A stretch of DNA of 64,000 bases from Bacteroidales bacterium (lineage in GTDB: Bacteria > Bacteroidota > Bacteroidia > Bacteroidales > VadinHA17), in contig DATGYZ010000004.1 of assembly GCA_035297425.1 (NCBI GenBank), positions 27,158 through 91,157 of the forward strand, given 5' to 3'. The translations under genes were made by a program, and so were the position numbers. Under the pieces are notes generated by a model, which saw nothing but the letters and a program-made list of their open reading frames with translations, had not been told where the DNA came from and made no database searches. Each line of letters begins with the position of its first letter. Position 1 is the first letter of the stretch. Shown piece after piece: positions 9,591 to 19,255 of the stretch.

Positions 9591-9692
9591 TTCTTAGTCA
9601 AGATTAGTTATGAATGGGACAAATATATGAAGATTTTGGAATCATGGCCCGGGCTGCCGGGAAGTACTAACAGAAACTGATTGTTTGAAAAT

Positions 9693-10568
9693 TTATTTTT
9701 TCTTAATTACCCTGCTTACGGTGCTGCCTATCTCGGCCGGTGATTCCACAACATGAATCCCGCATTGTCTCATCAGATCCATTTTTGCAGAAGCAGTATC
9801 GTTCTTCCCTCCTATTATTGCACCTGCATGTCCCATTCTCCTTCCTTTTGGTGCAGTCTGACCTGCAATAAAGCCGATAACAGGCTTTGTGCCATTATCT
9901 TTTATCCATTCGGCAGCTTCATTTTCCATATTCCCCCCGATCTCTCCTATTATGACTATTGCTTCTGTTGCCCTGTCGTCCATAAGCAGCTTCACAGCAT
10001 CGAGGGCTGTTGTACCTACAACCGGATCGCCGCCTATGCCAATGCAGGTGGATTGGCCGAGGCCTTGTCTTGTTATCTGGTCAACGGCTTCATAGGCAAG
10101 AGTCCCTGACCGTGAAATGACGCCAACAGTACCTTTGCGATGAATGAACCCCGGCATTATTCCGACCTTCGATTCTTCAGGTGTGATTATACCCGGACAA
10201 TTCGGCCCGATGAGCCTGCAATCGTAAGATTTGATATAATCCCTGGCTTTAACCATATCAGAAACAGGAATCCCTTCAGTGATCGTTACAATTAGCCTGA
10301 TTCCAGCACTTGCGGCTTCCATAATAGCATCACCGGCAACAGCCGGCGGAACAAATATCACTGAAACATCTGCCCCTGTTGCTTCAACGGCTTCCCTGAC
10401 GGTATTAAAAACAGGAAGTCCGAGGTGAGTCTGACCACCTTTGCCGGGAGTGACACCGCCCACCACCCTGGTTCCATATTCTATCATCTGGGTTGCATGG
10501 AATGTTCCTTCAGTACCGGTGAAGCCCTGTACTAATACTTTTGAGTTTTTATCAAGAAGAATGCTCAT
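9693..10568 (-). CDS. sucD: Succinate--CoA ligase subunit alpha
   Basis: 291 aa; [42 protein letters not shown] (catalytic His loop). Confidence 0.93.
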   Translation of the reverse strand: MSILLDKNSKVLVQGFTGTEGTFHATQMIEYGTRVVGGVTPGKGGQTHLGLPVFNTVREAVEATGADVSVIFVPPAVAGDAIMEAASAGIRLIVTITEGIPVSDMVKARDYIKSYDCRLIGPNCPGIITPEESKVGIMPGFIHRKGTVGVISRSGTLAYEAVDQITRQGLGQSTCIGIGGDPVVGTTALDAVKLLMDDRATEAIVIIGEIGGNMENEAAEWIKDNGTKPVIGFIAGQTAPKGRRMGHAGAIIGGKNDTASAKMDLMRQCGIHVVESPAEIGSTVSRVIKKK

Positions 10569-10651
10569 CTATAATCAATTGATGTTTAATTCAAATTTAG
10601 CAAAATTCTTGCATCTTTTGGGTATCTTTGATATTGAAATGCCAAACATCC

Positions 10652-11779
10652 ATGTTTGATATTGATCCAATTCTGTACATCGGTATCTCACAATCTTTTT
10701 TTTCAGGTCTTCTGATATCTCTTAAAAGGCCTGCCACAACAGCCGATAAGATAATGTCTGCATGGATCTTTCTTATCTGTATCGAATTCCTTTTTGCATT
10801 GCTTAACAAAAATCTTGTTTCAATCTATTCATTCCCTTTCGTAGCCTTCACCTATGGCCCTTTACTTTACCTGTATGTTCTCTTCATGACTGAGCCATCG
10901 AGGAAATTTAATACATACAGCCTTTTTCATTTCATCCCTTTTACAATTTTCTTTACAGTTTCCGTACTCTTCAGGGCTCAGCCCCTTGTTGAAAATCTCA
11001 ATGCTTTTTTCGAACCCGACAGGTTTAAATCATTAAGAATAATTTACGGACTTTCATTTTTTCTTTCATTGACAATATACAGCTCACTGACATTCAATAG
11101 GATAAGATTACACCAGCAAAAATTAAGAGATGTTGTTTCATACACATCAGGTGTAATAACCCTGAACTGGTTGAAAGTAGTTTCAATTTCGTTTTATGCA
11201 ATTTATGTAATGTTGTTTATCTTAGGTGGACTTGATATTCTTGGTAATTACATTCCTTTTGATCCTTACTATATTACATTTGGTTTTCTTACCCTCTTTT
11301 CATTCATGTTTGCATTTTATGGCATCCGTCAGTCGATGATAGCCGAGGTAAGTAACGAAGCTGAAAGTAAAAAGGATGAAAAATATTCCAGGAGTGGTCT
11401 GAAAGAAAACCAGGCAGAGGAATACCTGCAGAATCTGCTGGCTTATGTTGAGAAGAATAAACCCTATCTCGATCAAAATCTAAATATCAATGACCTGGCT
11501 TCAATGACAGGAATTCCCAGGCATTATATAACCCAGGTACTTAATGAAACCCATGGCAGGAATTTTTTTACGTTCATTAATGAATACCGTATCAGGGAAG
11601 TGCTTGAAAGGTTTTCAGATTCAAAATATAATCATTACACAATACTAGCCATAGCATTTGACTCAGGCTTCAACTCCAAATCCACGTTCAATGCTTTCTT
11701 CAAAAGACAGACAGGCTTGACCCCGCGTGAATACAGAAGCAATCCCAGGGAAAGTCTGATCCATCAGGGACAGACCTAA
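10652..11779 (+). CDS. AraC-family transcriptional regulator with N-terminal multi-TM domain
   Basis: The N-terminal ~230 aa has about 6-7 hydrophobic helices. The C-terminal AraC HTH reads LNINDLASMTGIPRHYITQVLN...ILAIAFDSGFNSKSTFNAFFKRQTGLTPREYR. The track start 10628 is TTG; the ATG at 10652 is preferred. Confidence 0.8.
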   Translation: MFDIDPILYIGISQSFFSGLLISLKRPATTADKIMSAWIFLICIEFLFALLNKNLVSIYSFPFVAFTYGPLLYLYVLFMTEPSRKFNTYSLFHFIPFTIFFTVSVLFRAQPLVENLNAFFEPDRFKSLRIIYGLSFFLSLTIYSSLTFNRIRLHQQKLRDVVSYTSGVITLNWLKVVSISFYAIYVMLFILGGLDILGNYIPFDPYYITFGFLTLFSFMFAFYGIRQSMIAEVSNEAESKKDEKYSRSGLKENQAEEYLQNLLAYVEKNKPYLDQNLNINDLASMTGIPRHYITQVLNETHGRNFFTFINEYRIREVLERFSDSKYNHYTILAIAFDSGFNSKSTFNAFFKRQTGLTPREYRSNPRESLIHQGQT

Positions 11780-11861
11780 AAAGGAACATACTGAGTCCGT
11801 CTTCAGCGGATAAGACTTTCTTTTCTCCACTACACAGTTACTTTGCAGTTTTAAACAGATC

Positions 11862-13217
11862 ATGAAACTGCGTTTATTTTCCATTTGCCTTGGGTTGTTA
11901 ATCATATTTTATAAGCCTGCGACCGGACAGGTGCTTAAGATAAATGGTTTTGTGAGAACCGGGGCATATACCGGTTTTAATAAGGAAACAGATAAAATAT
12001 ATGTGTCAAGTGCATTTGCAGATATGTTCCTCAAAACAGAAGTTTCAGGAAATTCTTTCAAAGCTTATTCGCAACTTCAATTCAGGTATGGAACTGAGTT
12101 TTTAGCTACAGTAAATGATCTCCGGCTCAGAGAAGGCTATATTACTTTTTCAGGAAAAAAATTTGACATTTCTACCGGGCAGAGAATTGTGAAATGGGGT
12201 CGGGCAGATTTTAACAATCCTACTTCAAAGATTACACCACGGAACCTGTTGTTGCGGGCCCCTGACAGGGAGGAGATGAATATTGGTAACCTGCTTGCAG
12301 AGCTTAATTATTTCCCAGATGAAAGAATTAAGCTCCAGATTGTGGCAATACCCCTATACCGGTCTTCAATCCTTATTATTGATCCAGTGCCACTCCCCTC
12401 ATATGTTAATGTTGATCTTATCAATGGACTAATTGCGGAAAACTCTTTCAGTCTCGGAATCCGGTCTGATTTTTACCTCAGTGGTTTCGATGTTGGAATA
12501 TCATTTTTTAATGGACTGGATCCCATGCCAGGCCTAGCAATGAATGAATTTGAGATCAACATTATCCAGGGTTTTCCTGTACCACATATAGGAATCCTGT
12601 CAAAACCATATTCCACACGTGTCGTGGGCCTTGACTTTGAAGCAAGTTCAGGCTCTTTCGGATTCAGGGGTGAAGCCGCATGGTCTAAACCTGCCAATGT
12701 CGCGGGGAATTCTGAATACATCCCTCTTCCATCAATTGATCTTGTTGCGGGATCTGACTGGTCGGAAGGTGCCTGGAAACTTTCAGCTGAATATTATGGA
12801 CGGTATAATTATGACTTTGTTCCAAATGAAGCACAATCTTTAATAGGATCAGAACCTGATATCCAGCTCCTAGGTCAATTGATGGCAACCCCCGGGTTTG
12901 ATCCGGGTGAATATGTTCGGGAGCAGATTGGCTCTTTCAACAGGCTATATAATTACCAGCAGAAGAGTAACTATCATACCTTCAGTGTAAGGATTGAACG
13001 TGAATTTTCGTATGGTACTATAACACCTTCAATCTTATCAATGTATAACATCATATCGGGCGATCTCCTTGTTATTCCCGAGGTAAGGTACAAACCTGCT
13101 GATGGGTTTACAATTGCAGCAGGTGCAGAATATTATCATGGACCTGCAGGATCGCTTTACAGGATAACAGATGATTTCATGAATTCAGTTTATGTCTCAT
13201 TCAGGGCAGATTTTTAA
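11862..13217 (+). CDS. Putative outer-membrane beta-barrel protein
   Basis: Signal peptide MKLRLFSICLGLLIIFY..ATGQ, alternating beta-strand-like sequence, and a C-terminal ...VYVSFRADF ending in Phe. It lies 1 nt upstream of the RND gene. Confidence 0.55.
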   Translation: MKLRLFSICLGLLIIFYKPATGQVLKINGFVRTGAYTGFNKETDKIYVSSAFADMFLKTEVSGNSFKAYSQLQFRYGTEFLATVNDLRLREGYITFSGKKFDISTGQRIVKWGRADFNNPTSKITPRNLLLRAPDREEMNIGNLLAELNYFPDERIKLQIVAIPLYRSSILIIDPVPLPSYVNVDLINGLIAENSFSLGIRSDFYLSGFDVGISFFNGLDPMPGLAMNEFEINIIQGFPVPHIGILSKPYSTRVVGLDFEASSGSFGFRGEAAWSKPANVAGNSEYIPLPSIDLVAGSDWSEGAWKLSAEYYGRYNYDFVPNEAQSLIGSEPDIQLLGQLMATPGFDPGEYVREQIGSFNRLYNYQQKSNYHTFSVRIEREFSYGTITPSILSMYNIISGDLLVIPEVRYKPADGFTIAAGAEYYHGPAGSLYRITDDFMNSVYVSFRADF

Positions 13218-13218
13218 A

Positions 13219-15474
13219 ATGACAGGATTCATCCTTAAGAACCGGTGGCTAATAATAACCCTGTTTTCAGTTATTGGGATCATATCAGCAACTATGATCC
13301 CATTCATCCACTCAGAGGCAGATCTGAGAAACTATGTTCCAGGCAAAATGGAGTCGAGGATAGCAACTGACAGTATCGAGGCAGTTTTCGGCGTGCAGGA
13401 AATAGCAATGATACTGTTTACCGACAGCATGATCCTCACATATGATAATCTCGAAAGAATAAGGAATATTGAATCTGGAATATCAGGACTTGAAGGCATT
13501 ACGAGGCAGATTTCACCATTTACAATGACGACCATTAAAGGTGAAGACGGGATGATGGTTTCTGAAAAACTCATTGAAAAGATACCCTCAGACAGCGCTG
13601 AAACCGCACAACTGGCAGATAAAATACTCTGTAACAATTTTGTACGTGATATAGTTTTTTCATCGGATCTAAAGGCGGCTTCATTGACAATATTTATTAA
13701 TGAAGAATACCCTGAGAATGAAACACTTGTACGAATTGATTCCATTATTGATGCTTGGCCGGGAAAAGCAAAAGTTATAAAAGGCGGGCTTCCCTATATA
13801 AGGCAGGAAATCATGAATGATGTAAAAACTGACGGATTCATCCTTGTACCCGGCGCATTGTTAATTATGTTGCTGATTTTGAAAATAAGCCTTAAGGACT
13901 GGAAGAGTGTACTGATGCCTTTTTCTGTCGTCGTTATTACAACACTGTTCAGTATGGCGCTTATCCCGGTTGCCGGATGGAAATTGTCACTGATGACATT
14001 GCTTGCCCCTATCATACTTGTTGCAGTGGCAAATAATTATGGAATATACCTTACAGCCAGATACCAGGAGATAAGCATTGCCGATCCCAGGATTAGTAAA
14101 AGTGAAGTCATTACCCAATTGATCTCATCACTGAATATGCCAATACTTTTCAGCGGACTTACAACTGTTGCCGGCATACTGGGATTGCTGACCCACTCTG
14201 TTATAGCAGCAAGGCAGGTCGGAATACTTGCTGCATCAGGTGTGATGCTTGCCATGGTCATGAGCTTTCTTTATATACCGGCTCTGATTAGTCTCAGGAA
14301 GCCTTATCATCAGGAATTCAAAAACAAAAAGAGGGATTTAATGAATTTAATTTCCCTCAGGATAGGAGAAACAGTAAAAAATAACCCGGGTAAAATTTTG
14401 ACAATATCTGCAATCAGCACCCTGGTATTTGCCTCAGGAATTTTCCTCCTCAGGATCGATACAAGGCAGGATGTATATTTTCCCAAAAACCATCAGGTGA
14501 GAGTTTCAACAAGGGTTATTGACGATTACTTTGGCGGTGCCCAGACCATATCAGTCATGGTAGAAGGTGATATAAAAGATCCTGAGGTTATGAGGGGAAT
14601 AGATAAGCTGACCAGTGAAATGGATGGAGATGCTTCTGTAGGAGGTGTATTTTCAATATCGCAGGTTGTAAGAGAGATGAGTAAAGCACTTTATGATAAA
14701 AATGAGGAGGGTTATGATAAGATACCTGATTCAAGGGAAGCAATAGCCCAATTCTTTGAGTTATATAACCTGAGCGGCGATCCTGATGATTTCAGCCAGA
14801 TACTTGATTTCAGCAATTCAAAGGCACAGGTGATGATAAGACTGCCGGATGCAGAAGATAAGACAATCAGAAGCATAAAACATAAGCTTGAAGGATACAG
14901 AACTGCTATACCTGCAAAGATCACAATCGGTGGTTATGCAATGGTTATGTCGGATTTTGGCAGGTTGCTGATAAACGGGCAGGTCAGCTCTCTGATATTT
15001 GCACTTCTGACAGTCGGGCTCCTTCTTGCCGTGGTATTCCGGTCTGTAAAAGGAGGCATATTCGGATCAATACCATTCACGGCTTCAATCTTAATAATGT
15101 TTGGATTCATGGGTTTCACAGGTATTGCAATCGATCCCGCTACGGCACTTCTTTCATCAATAATGATTGGTGTCGGCGTGGATTTCACAATCCAATATAT
15201 CTATTCAGTAAATTCATTTTTAAGAAAAAAGATGAGTTATAGTGAATCAATAGTGCGGGCGCATGGTACAATAGGCAGAAGCATTATAATAAATGCATTG
15301 AGTGTGATGGGAGGATTTGCAGTACTGGTACTTTCAGGATTTACGTCCATCAGATTTTTCGGTTACCTCGTAGTTGTATCGATGGGTTCATGCCTTGCAG
15401 GTGCGCTGATTGTGATTCCGGCACTCCTCATGTGGCTTAGACCAGAATTTATTGAAAAAGAGTTTTTAAAATAA
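13219..15474 (+). CDS. RND-superfamily exporter, MMPL/HpnN-like (COG1033-type)
   Basis: About 750 aa with two blocks of ~6 TM helices, each preceded by a large soluble loop. The ATG at 13219 (MTGFILKNRWL) is preferred over the overlapping track start at 13192. Confidence 0.75.
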   Translation: MTGFILKNRWLIITLFSVIGIISATMIPFIHSEADLRNYVPGKMESRIATDSIEAVFGVQEIAMILFTDSMILTYDNLERIRNIESGISGLEGITRQISPFTMTTIKGEDGMMVSEKLIEKIPSDSAETAQLADKILCNNFVRDIVFSSDLKAASLTIFINEEYPENETLVRIDSIIDAWPGKAKVIKGGLPYIRQEIMNDVKTDGFILVPGALLIMLLILKISLKDWKSVLMPFSVVVITTLFSMALIPVAGWKLSLMTLLAPIILVAVANNYGIYLTARYQEISIADPRISKSEVITQLISSLNMPILFSGLTTVAGILGLLTHSVIAARQVGILAASGVMLAMVMSFLYIPALISLRKPYHQEFKNKKRDLMNLISLRIGETVKNNPGKILTISAISTLVFASGIFLLRIDTRQDVYFPKNHQVRVSTRVIDDYFGGAQTISVMVEGDIKDPEVMRGIDKLTSEMDGDASVGGVFSISQVVREMSKALYDKNEEGYDKIPDSREAIAQFFELYNLSGDPDDFSQILDFSNSKAQVMIRLPDAEDKTIRSIKHKLEGYRTAIPAKITIGGYAMVMSDFGRLLINGQVSSLIFALLTVGLLLAVVFRSVKGGIFGSIPFTASILIMFGFMGFTGIAIDPATALLSSIMIGVGVDFTIQYIYSVNSFLRKKMSYSESIVRAHGTIGRSIIINALSVMGGFAVLVLSGFTSIRFFGYLVVVSMGSCLAGALIVIPALLMWLRPEFIEKEFLK

Positions 15475-15480
15475 TATATC

Positions 15481-16245
15481 ATGAAAACAGTTTTGATCTT
15501 TCTTTTTGGAATATTGATGCTAAACATATTTCCTCAACAGCCTGGCGCAGATGAAATAATGAGCAGAAGCAGGGATATGAGCCTTACCGGGTCAATCAGC
15601 GCTGACGTAAACCTCACTATCACAGAAAAAAACGGAACAGTACGACAGCGCACTATTTCCATGTTCTCTAAAACTTATGGAGAGGTAGAAAAAAGATTTA
15701 TTAAATTCCAGTCACCGGCAGATATACGGGGAACTGCAATGCTGATTGTGGATAATAAATCATCAGAAGATGAGATGTGGATATATTTGCCTGCGTTAAA
15801 GCGCACCAGGAGAATTTCAACTTCTGACAAAGGTAAAAATTTTATGAGCTCGGAATTCACGAATGCCGATATGAGCTCACCTGCCCTTACCGACTTCAGG
15901 AATGCTTATTCGCCCGGAACAGAAAATGGAGAGAGCTGGGTGATTGAATCTTTTCCTGTTAACGATGATATTGCCCGTCAATACGGTTTTAGCAAGAAAA
16001 TAAGCTATGTAAGCAGGAAAGATTATCATGTTTCGAAGATGGAATTTTATGATTCTGACAATAAGCTTCTCAAGGTGATTGATATGAAAAGCATATTCCA
16101 GCTTGGTGATGGGAAATATACTGTTGATAATATGGTTGCTGAAAATACCCAAACCGGCAGAAAATCGGCAATTCAAATGACAAATATCAAATCGGGCCAG
16201 GATGTCGATGATGCAGTATTTACTATCCAGAATCTTGAAAAATGA
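15481..16245 (+). CDS. Outer-membrane lipoprotein-sorting (LolA-like) protein
   Basis: Signal peptide, then DEMWIYLPALKRTRRISTSDKGKNFMSSEFTNADM, a motif typical of LolA-like partners of COG1033 exporters. It lies 6 nt after the RND gene. Confidence 0.7.
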   Translation: MKTVLIFLFGILMLNIFPQQPGADEIMSRSRDMSLTGSISADVNLTITEKNGTVRQRTISMFSKTYGEVEKRFIKFQSPADIRGTAMLIVDNKSSEDEMWIYLPALKRTRRISTSDKGKNFMSSEFTNADMSSPALTDFRNAYSPGTENGESWVIESFPVNDDIARQYGFSKKISYVSRKDYHVSKMEFYDSDNKLLKVIDMKSIFQLGDGKYTVDNMVAENTQTGRKSAIQMTNIKSGQDVDDAVFTIQNLEK

Positions 16246-16302
16246 TCAGGATGGTCATTTCCTGTGACATACTGAAATAGCCCTGAGATCCATATTCTTC
16301 TT

Positions 16303-16350
16303 AAATATAATATATATTAATATATATAATATAATATATATTATGATATA
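16303..16350. repeat. 48-nt pure A/T tract with nested TA palindromes
   Basis: AAATATAATATATATTAATATATATAATATAATATATATTATGATATA contains no G or C. It lies in the mnmE upstream gap. Confidence 0.8.
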
Positions 16351-16397
16351 ACTGTAATTGTTCCGTGCCAGGGTCATGTCTGCTAATCAAATATCTT

Positions 16398-16405
16398 TAC
16401 CTTTG
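16398..16405 (+). promoter_or_regulatory. Bacteroidota -7 promoter box (TAnnTTTG) for mnmE
   Basis: TACCTTTG lies 18 nt upstream of the ATG and matches the established Bacteroidetes sigma-A -7 consensus. Confidence 0.55.
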
Positions 16406-16422
16406 CATTTTGAATTAATCTG

Positions 16423-17823
16423 ATGATCAGACAGGAAGATACTATATGTGCACCGGCAACAGGCAGCGGAGGGGCAGTTTCTGTAATAAGGATGAGCGGA
16501 TCGCGCAGTCTTGAGATATTAACCAGGATCTTTTATCCTGCAGATAGATCTGTAGATCTTTTGAATAAGGCGGGTTATTCATTGATATATGGTGATATAA
16601 AAGGAGGTGAAGACATTATTGATGATGTACTTGTAAGTATTTTCAGGGCGCCCCGCTCCTACACCGGTGAAGATTCCGTTGAGATCTCATGCCATGCTTC
16701 ACCTTATATCATTAAAAAAATACTGGAGCTGCTTGTCATAAACGGAGCATCTACAGCTGCTGCAGGTGAATTTACCCGGAGGGCATTCATTAACGGGAGA
16801 ATGGATTTATCACAGGCAGAAGCTGTTGCGGACATTATTGCTTCAACATCAAAGGCATCGCACAGGATTGCCATTAACCAGATGAGAGGAGGTTTTTCAG
16901 AGGAGATAAGGAATCTTCGTGCGGAACTGTTGAATTTTGCGTCCCTGATTGAGCTTGAGCTTGACTTTGGTGAAGAGGATGTGGAATTTGCTGACAGGAA
17001 TAACCTGAAAGACATTGTGATCCGCATAAAGCTGATTGCCGATAAACTTGCTTCATCTTTTATTGCAGGCAATGCAATTAAAAAAGGCATACCCGTGGCT
17101 ATTGCTGGAAAGCCAAACTCCGGCAAATCGACACTGCTGAACGCCCTGTTAATGGAGGAAAGGGCTATAGTATCGGACATACCCGGGACTACAAGAGATT
17201 CAATTGAAGAAACAGTTCATCATGATGGCATTGAGTACAGGTTTATTGACACGGCAGGACTCAGGGAGACAACTGATTTCATTGAAAATCTTGGGATTCA
17301 AAAAACGTACGAGAAAATTAAGCAGGCATCAATTGTGTTGTTCATAGATGATGTAATGGATGGCCCAGAGATCATCAACAGACGGATTGATGCATTAAAG
17401 GAATTTCTTAACCCTGACCAGAAGCTGATCATTGTTATAAATAAGACTGATAAAGTATCTCCCGGAGAGATTTCAGGAATTCATGAGAAGATCCTTGCAG
17501 GAAATAAAGATGTGGTTGTATTTATATCGGCAAAAAATAAAACAGGCCTGGATGAGCTCAGGAAGAGCCTTGGCGACTCTGCAATAACGGAAAAGTTGAA
17601 CTCAAATGAAGTTATCATTAGCAATATCAGGCATTATGAAGCTCTGAGGAATGTATCAGAAAGCCTGGGAAGAGTACTGGAAGGACTTGAAAACAGTATT
17701 CCCGAGGATATCATTGCAATAGATATCAGGCAGGCAATCCATTACCTTGGTGAGATCACCGGTGAGATAACATCCGATGAGATACTAGGGAATATATTTA
17801 AGAATTTTTGCATAGGAAAATGA
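16423..17823 (+). CDS. mnmE: tRNA uridine-5-carboxymethylaminomethyl modification GTPase MnmE
   Basis: 466 aa; ICAPATGSGGAVSVIRMSG, GKPNSGKSTLLNAL, DTAGLRET, NKTD, C-terminal FCIGK. Confidence 0.93.
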   Translation: MIRQEDTICAPATGSGGAVSVIRMSGSRSLEILTRIFYPADRSVDLLNKAGYSLIYGDIKGGEDIIDDVLVSIFRAPRSYTGEDSVEISCHASPYIIKKILELLVINGASTAAAGEFTRRAFINGRMDLSQAEAVADIIASTSKASHRIAINQMRGGFSEEIRNLRAELLNFASLIELELDFGEEDVEFADRNNLKDIVIRIKLIADKLASSFIAGNAIKKGIPVAIAGKPNSGKSTLLNALLMEERAIVSDIPGTTRDSIEETVHHDGIEYRFIDTAGLRETTDFIENLGIQKTYEKIKQASIVLFIDDVMDGPEIINRRIDALKEFLNPDQKLIIVINKTDKVSPGEISGIHEKILAGNKDVVVFISAKNKTGLDELRKSLGDSAITEKLNSNEVIISNIRHYEALRNVSESLGRVLEGLENSIPEDIIAIDIRQAIHYLGEITGEITSDEILGNIFKNFCIGK

Positions 17824-17860
17824 AAACTGCTTTGCATTTTCCTTATTCTTAGCCAAAACC

Positions 17861-18985
17861 TTAAACTTTATATAAATAATCAGGCATGTTCTTCAACATG
17901 ACAGGCTTACCTGTTCCAGCTGCTTCGTATATCTTGCTTATAAGATAAACATCCCTCAATCCCAGTTCACCAGGCACCTTTGTAGCTTTATCCTGTTTTA
18001 CGCATAATGCAAAATCATCCATCTGAAGAGCCTGTTGATTAACTGGCTTCAGGTTCATTGGACCTTCAGGTGTTTTTCCCTGTATCCCATTATAAGCAAA
18101 GGCATTGGAAAGTTCGAATGTGCCTTTTACAGCTTCTGCTTTCAGGAAGTTAGCCTGGTCTTCATAACTTGCGTAACATTTTGAAGAGTAACCGGAGGAG
18201 AACTGCATCTCCCATTCGATTGAACCTTCAACCTGTTTAAAAAAGTCCTTATTTTTTGTGGTATTTTTTGCTGTTATGCTCACAGGAAGCTCTCCAGCAG
18301 TATAGATGGAACCTTCAATGCAATAAATGCCAAGATCGACCAACGGGCCTCCACCTGCCAGTTCCTTGTTTATACGCCAGGCATTGGGATCTCTCAGGTA
18401 AAAAGCAAATGCACTTGTCAGGTTTGTAAGCTTGCCATAAACCTGATGCTGTCCAAGCTCCATCATTTTATTATGAAAAGGATCAAAATATGCCCTGTAA
18501 CCGATTGATAATTTCTTACCAGCTTTTTTACAGGCATTAATCATCTTCATACAATCTTCCACATTATTTGCCATAGGTTTTTCGCAGATAACATGCTTAC
18601 CCGCCTGGGTTGCCCTTATTGTAAATTCAGCATGCATGCTGTTGGGAAGCACAACATATACAATGTCGATATCTTTATTGTCAGCTATACGATCAAAATT
18701 TCCGTAGTTGTAGATGTTAGATGAAGGTATATTGTACTTATCCGACCATTTTTTTTCTTTCTCAGGTGTGCCTGTTACGATTCCGGCCAGGTAGCAATGT
18801 TCAGTCTGCTGAAGCGCCGGCGCCAATTGTCCCTCTGAATAGCTGCCAAGTCCGACAAGTGCAATACCCAGTTTACCTTTTTCTTTTTGCAGTGAGGATT
18901 GCTTTAATAAAGAAGGTAAACCAGAAGAAAATGCAAATCCCCCACTAGTGACCATCAGCCTGTTTATAAATTGTCGTCTTTTCAT
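17861..18985 (-). CDS. Gfo/Idh/MocA-family oxidoreductase with twin-arginine signal
   Basis: MKRRQFINRLMVTSGGFAFSSG is TAT-like. Rossmann GIALVGLGSYS and EKPMA motifs are present. Confidence 0.8.
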   Translation of the reverse strand: MKRRQFINRLMVTSGGFAFSSGLPSLLKQSSLQKEKGKLGIALVGLGSYSEGQLAPALQQTEHCYLAGIVTGTPEKEKKWSDKYNIPSSNIYNYGNFDRIADNKDIDIVYVVLPNSMHAEFTIRATQAGKHVICEKPMANNVEDCMKMINACKKAGKKLSIGYRAYFDPFHNKMMELGQHQVYGKLTNLTSAFAFYLRDPNAWRINKELAGGGPLVDLGIYCIEGSIYTAGELPVSITAKNTTKNKDFFKQVEGSIEWEMQFSSGYSSKCYASYEDQANFLKAEAVKGTFELSNAFAYNGIQGKTPEGPMNLKPVNQQALQMDDFALCVKQDKATKVPGELGLRDVYLISKIYEAAGTGKPVMLKNMPDYLYKV

Positions 18986-19255
18986 AACTTAAAAATTAAT
19001 CAATTTTTCAAATTAACAGGTTATTGTATATGTCAAACAATTACATAGTTAAGATAGCTATTTTAATTTAAACAAACTTTATTTAAATCAGTTGAAAAAG
19101 TAAGAATGAAAGTCTTTCAAATTGTTCATAATAACTTGCACAGCTATCAGTTCTTTTTGTTCCACAAAATACCAGCGGGTGCGATGAAAATATGAAGAAA
19201 ATGTGAACCTTTCTAATTATCCTGACAGGGAAACTATATGAATGCGGGGCTGGAT

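Noticed and set aside
9127-9597. Long antisense ORFs inside real genes (for example 9127-9597, 1679-2095, 16704-17180, 39236-39601, 49156-49611, 51515-51910, 54084-54638).
   Set aside because: They are shadow frames of strongly supported genes on the opposite strand. They have low-complexity or biased composition and no recognisable motifs.
16246-16422. Replication origin / DNA-unwinding element next to mnmE.
   Set aside because: There are no DnaA-box-like 9-mers (TTATCCACA or close variants) and no dnaA or dnaN nearby.
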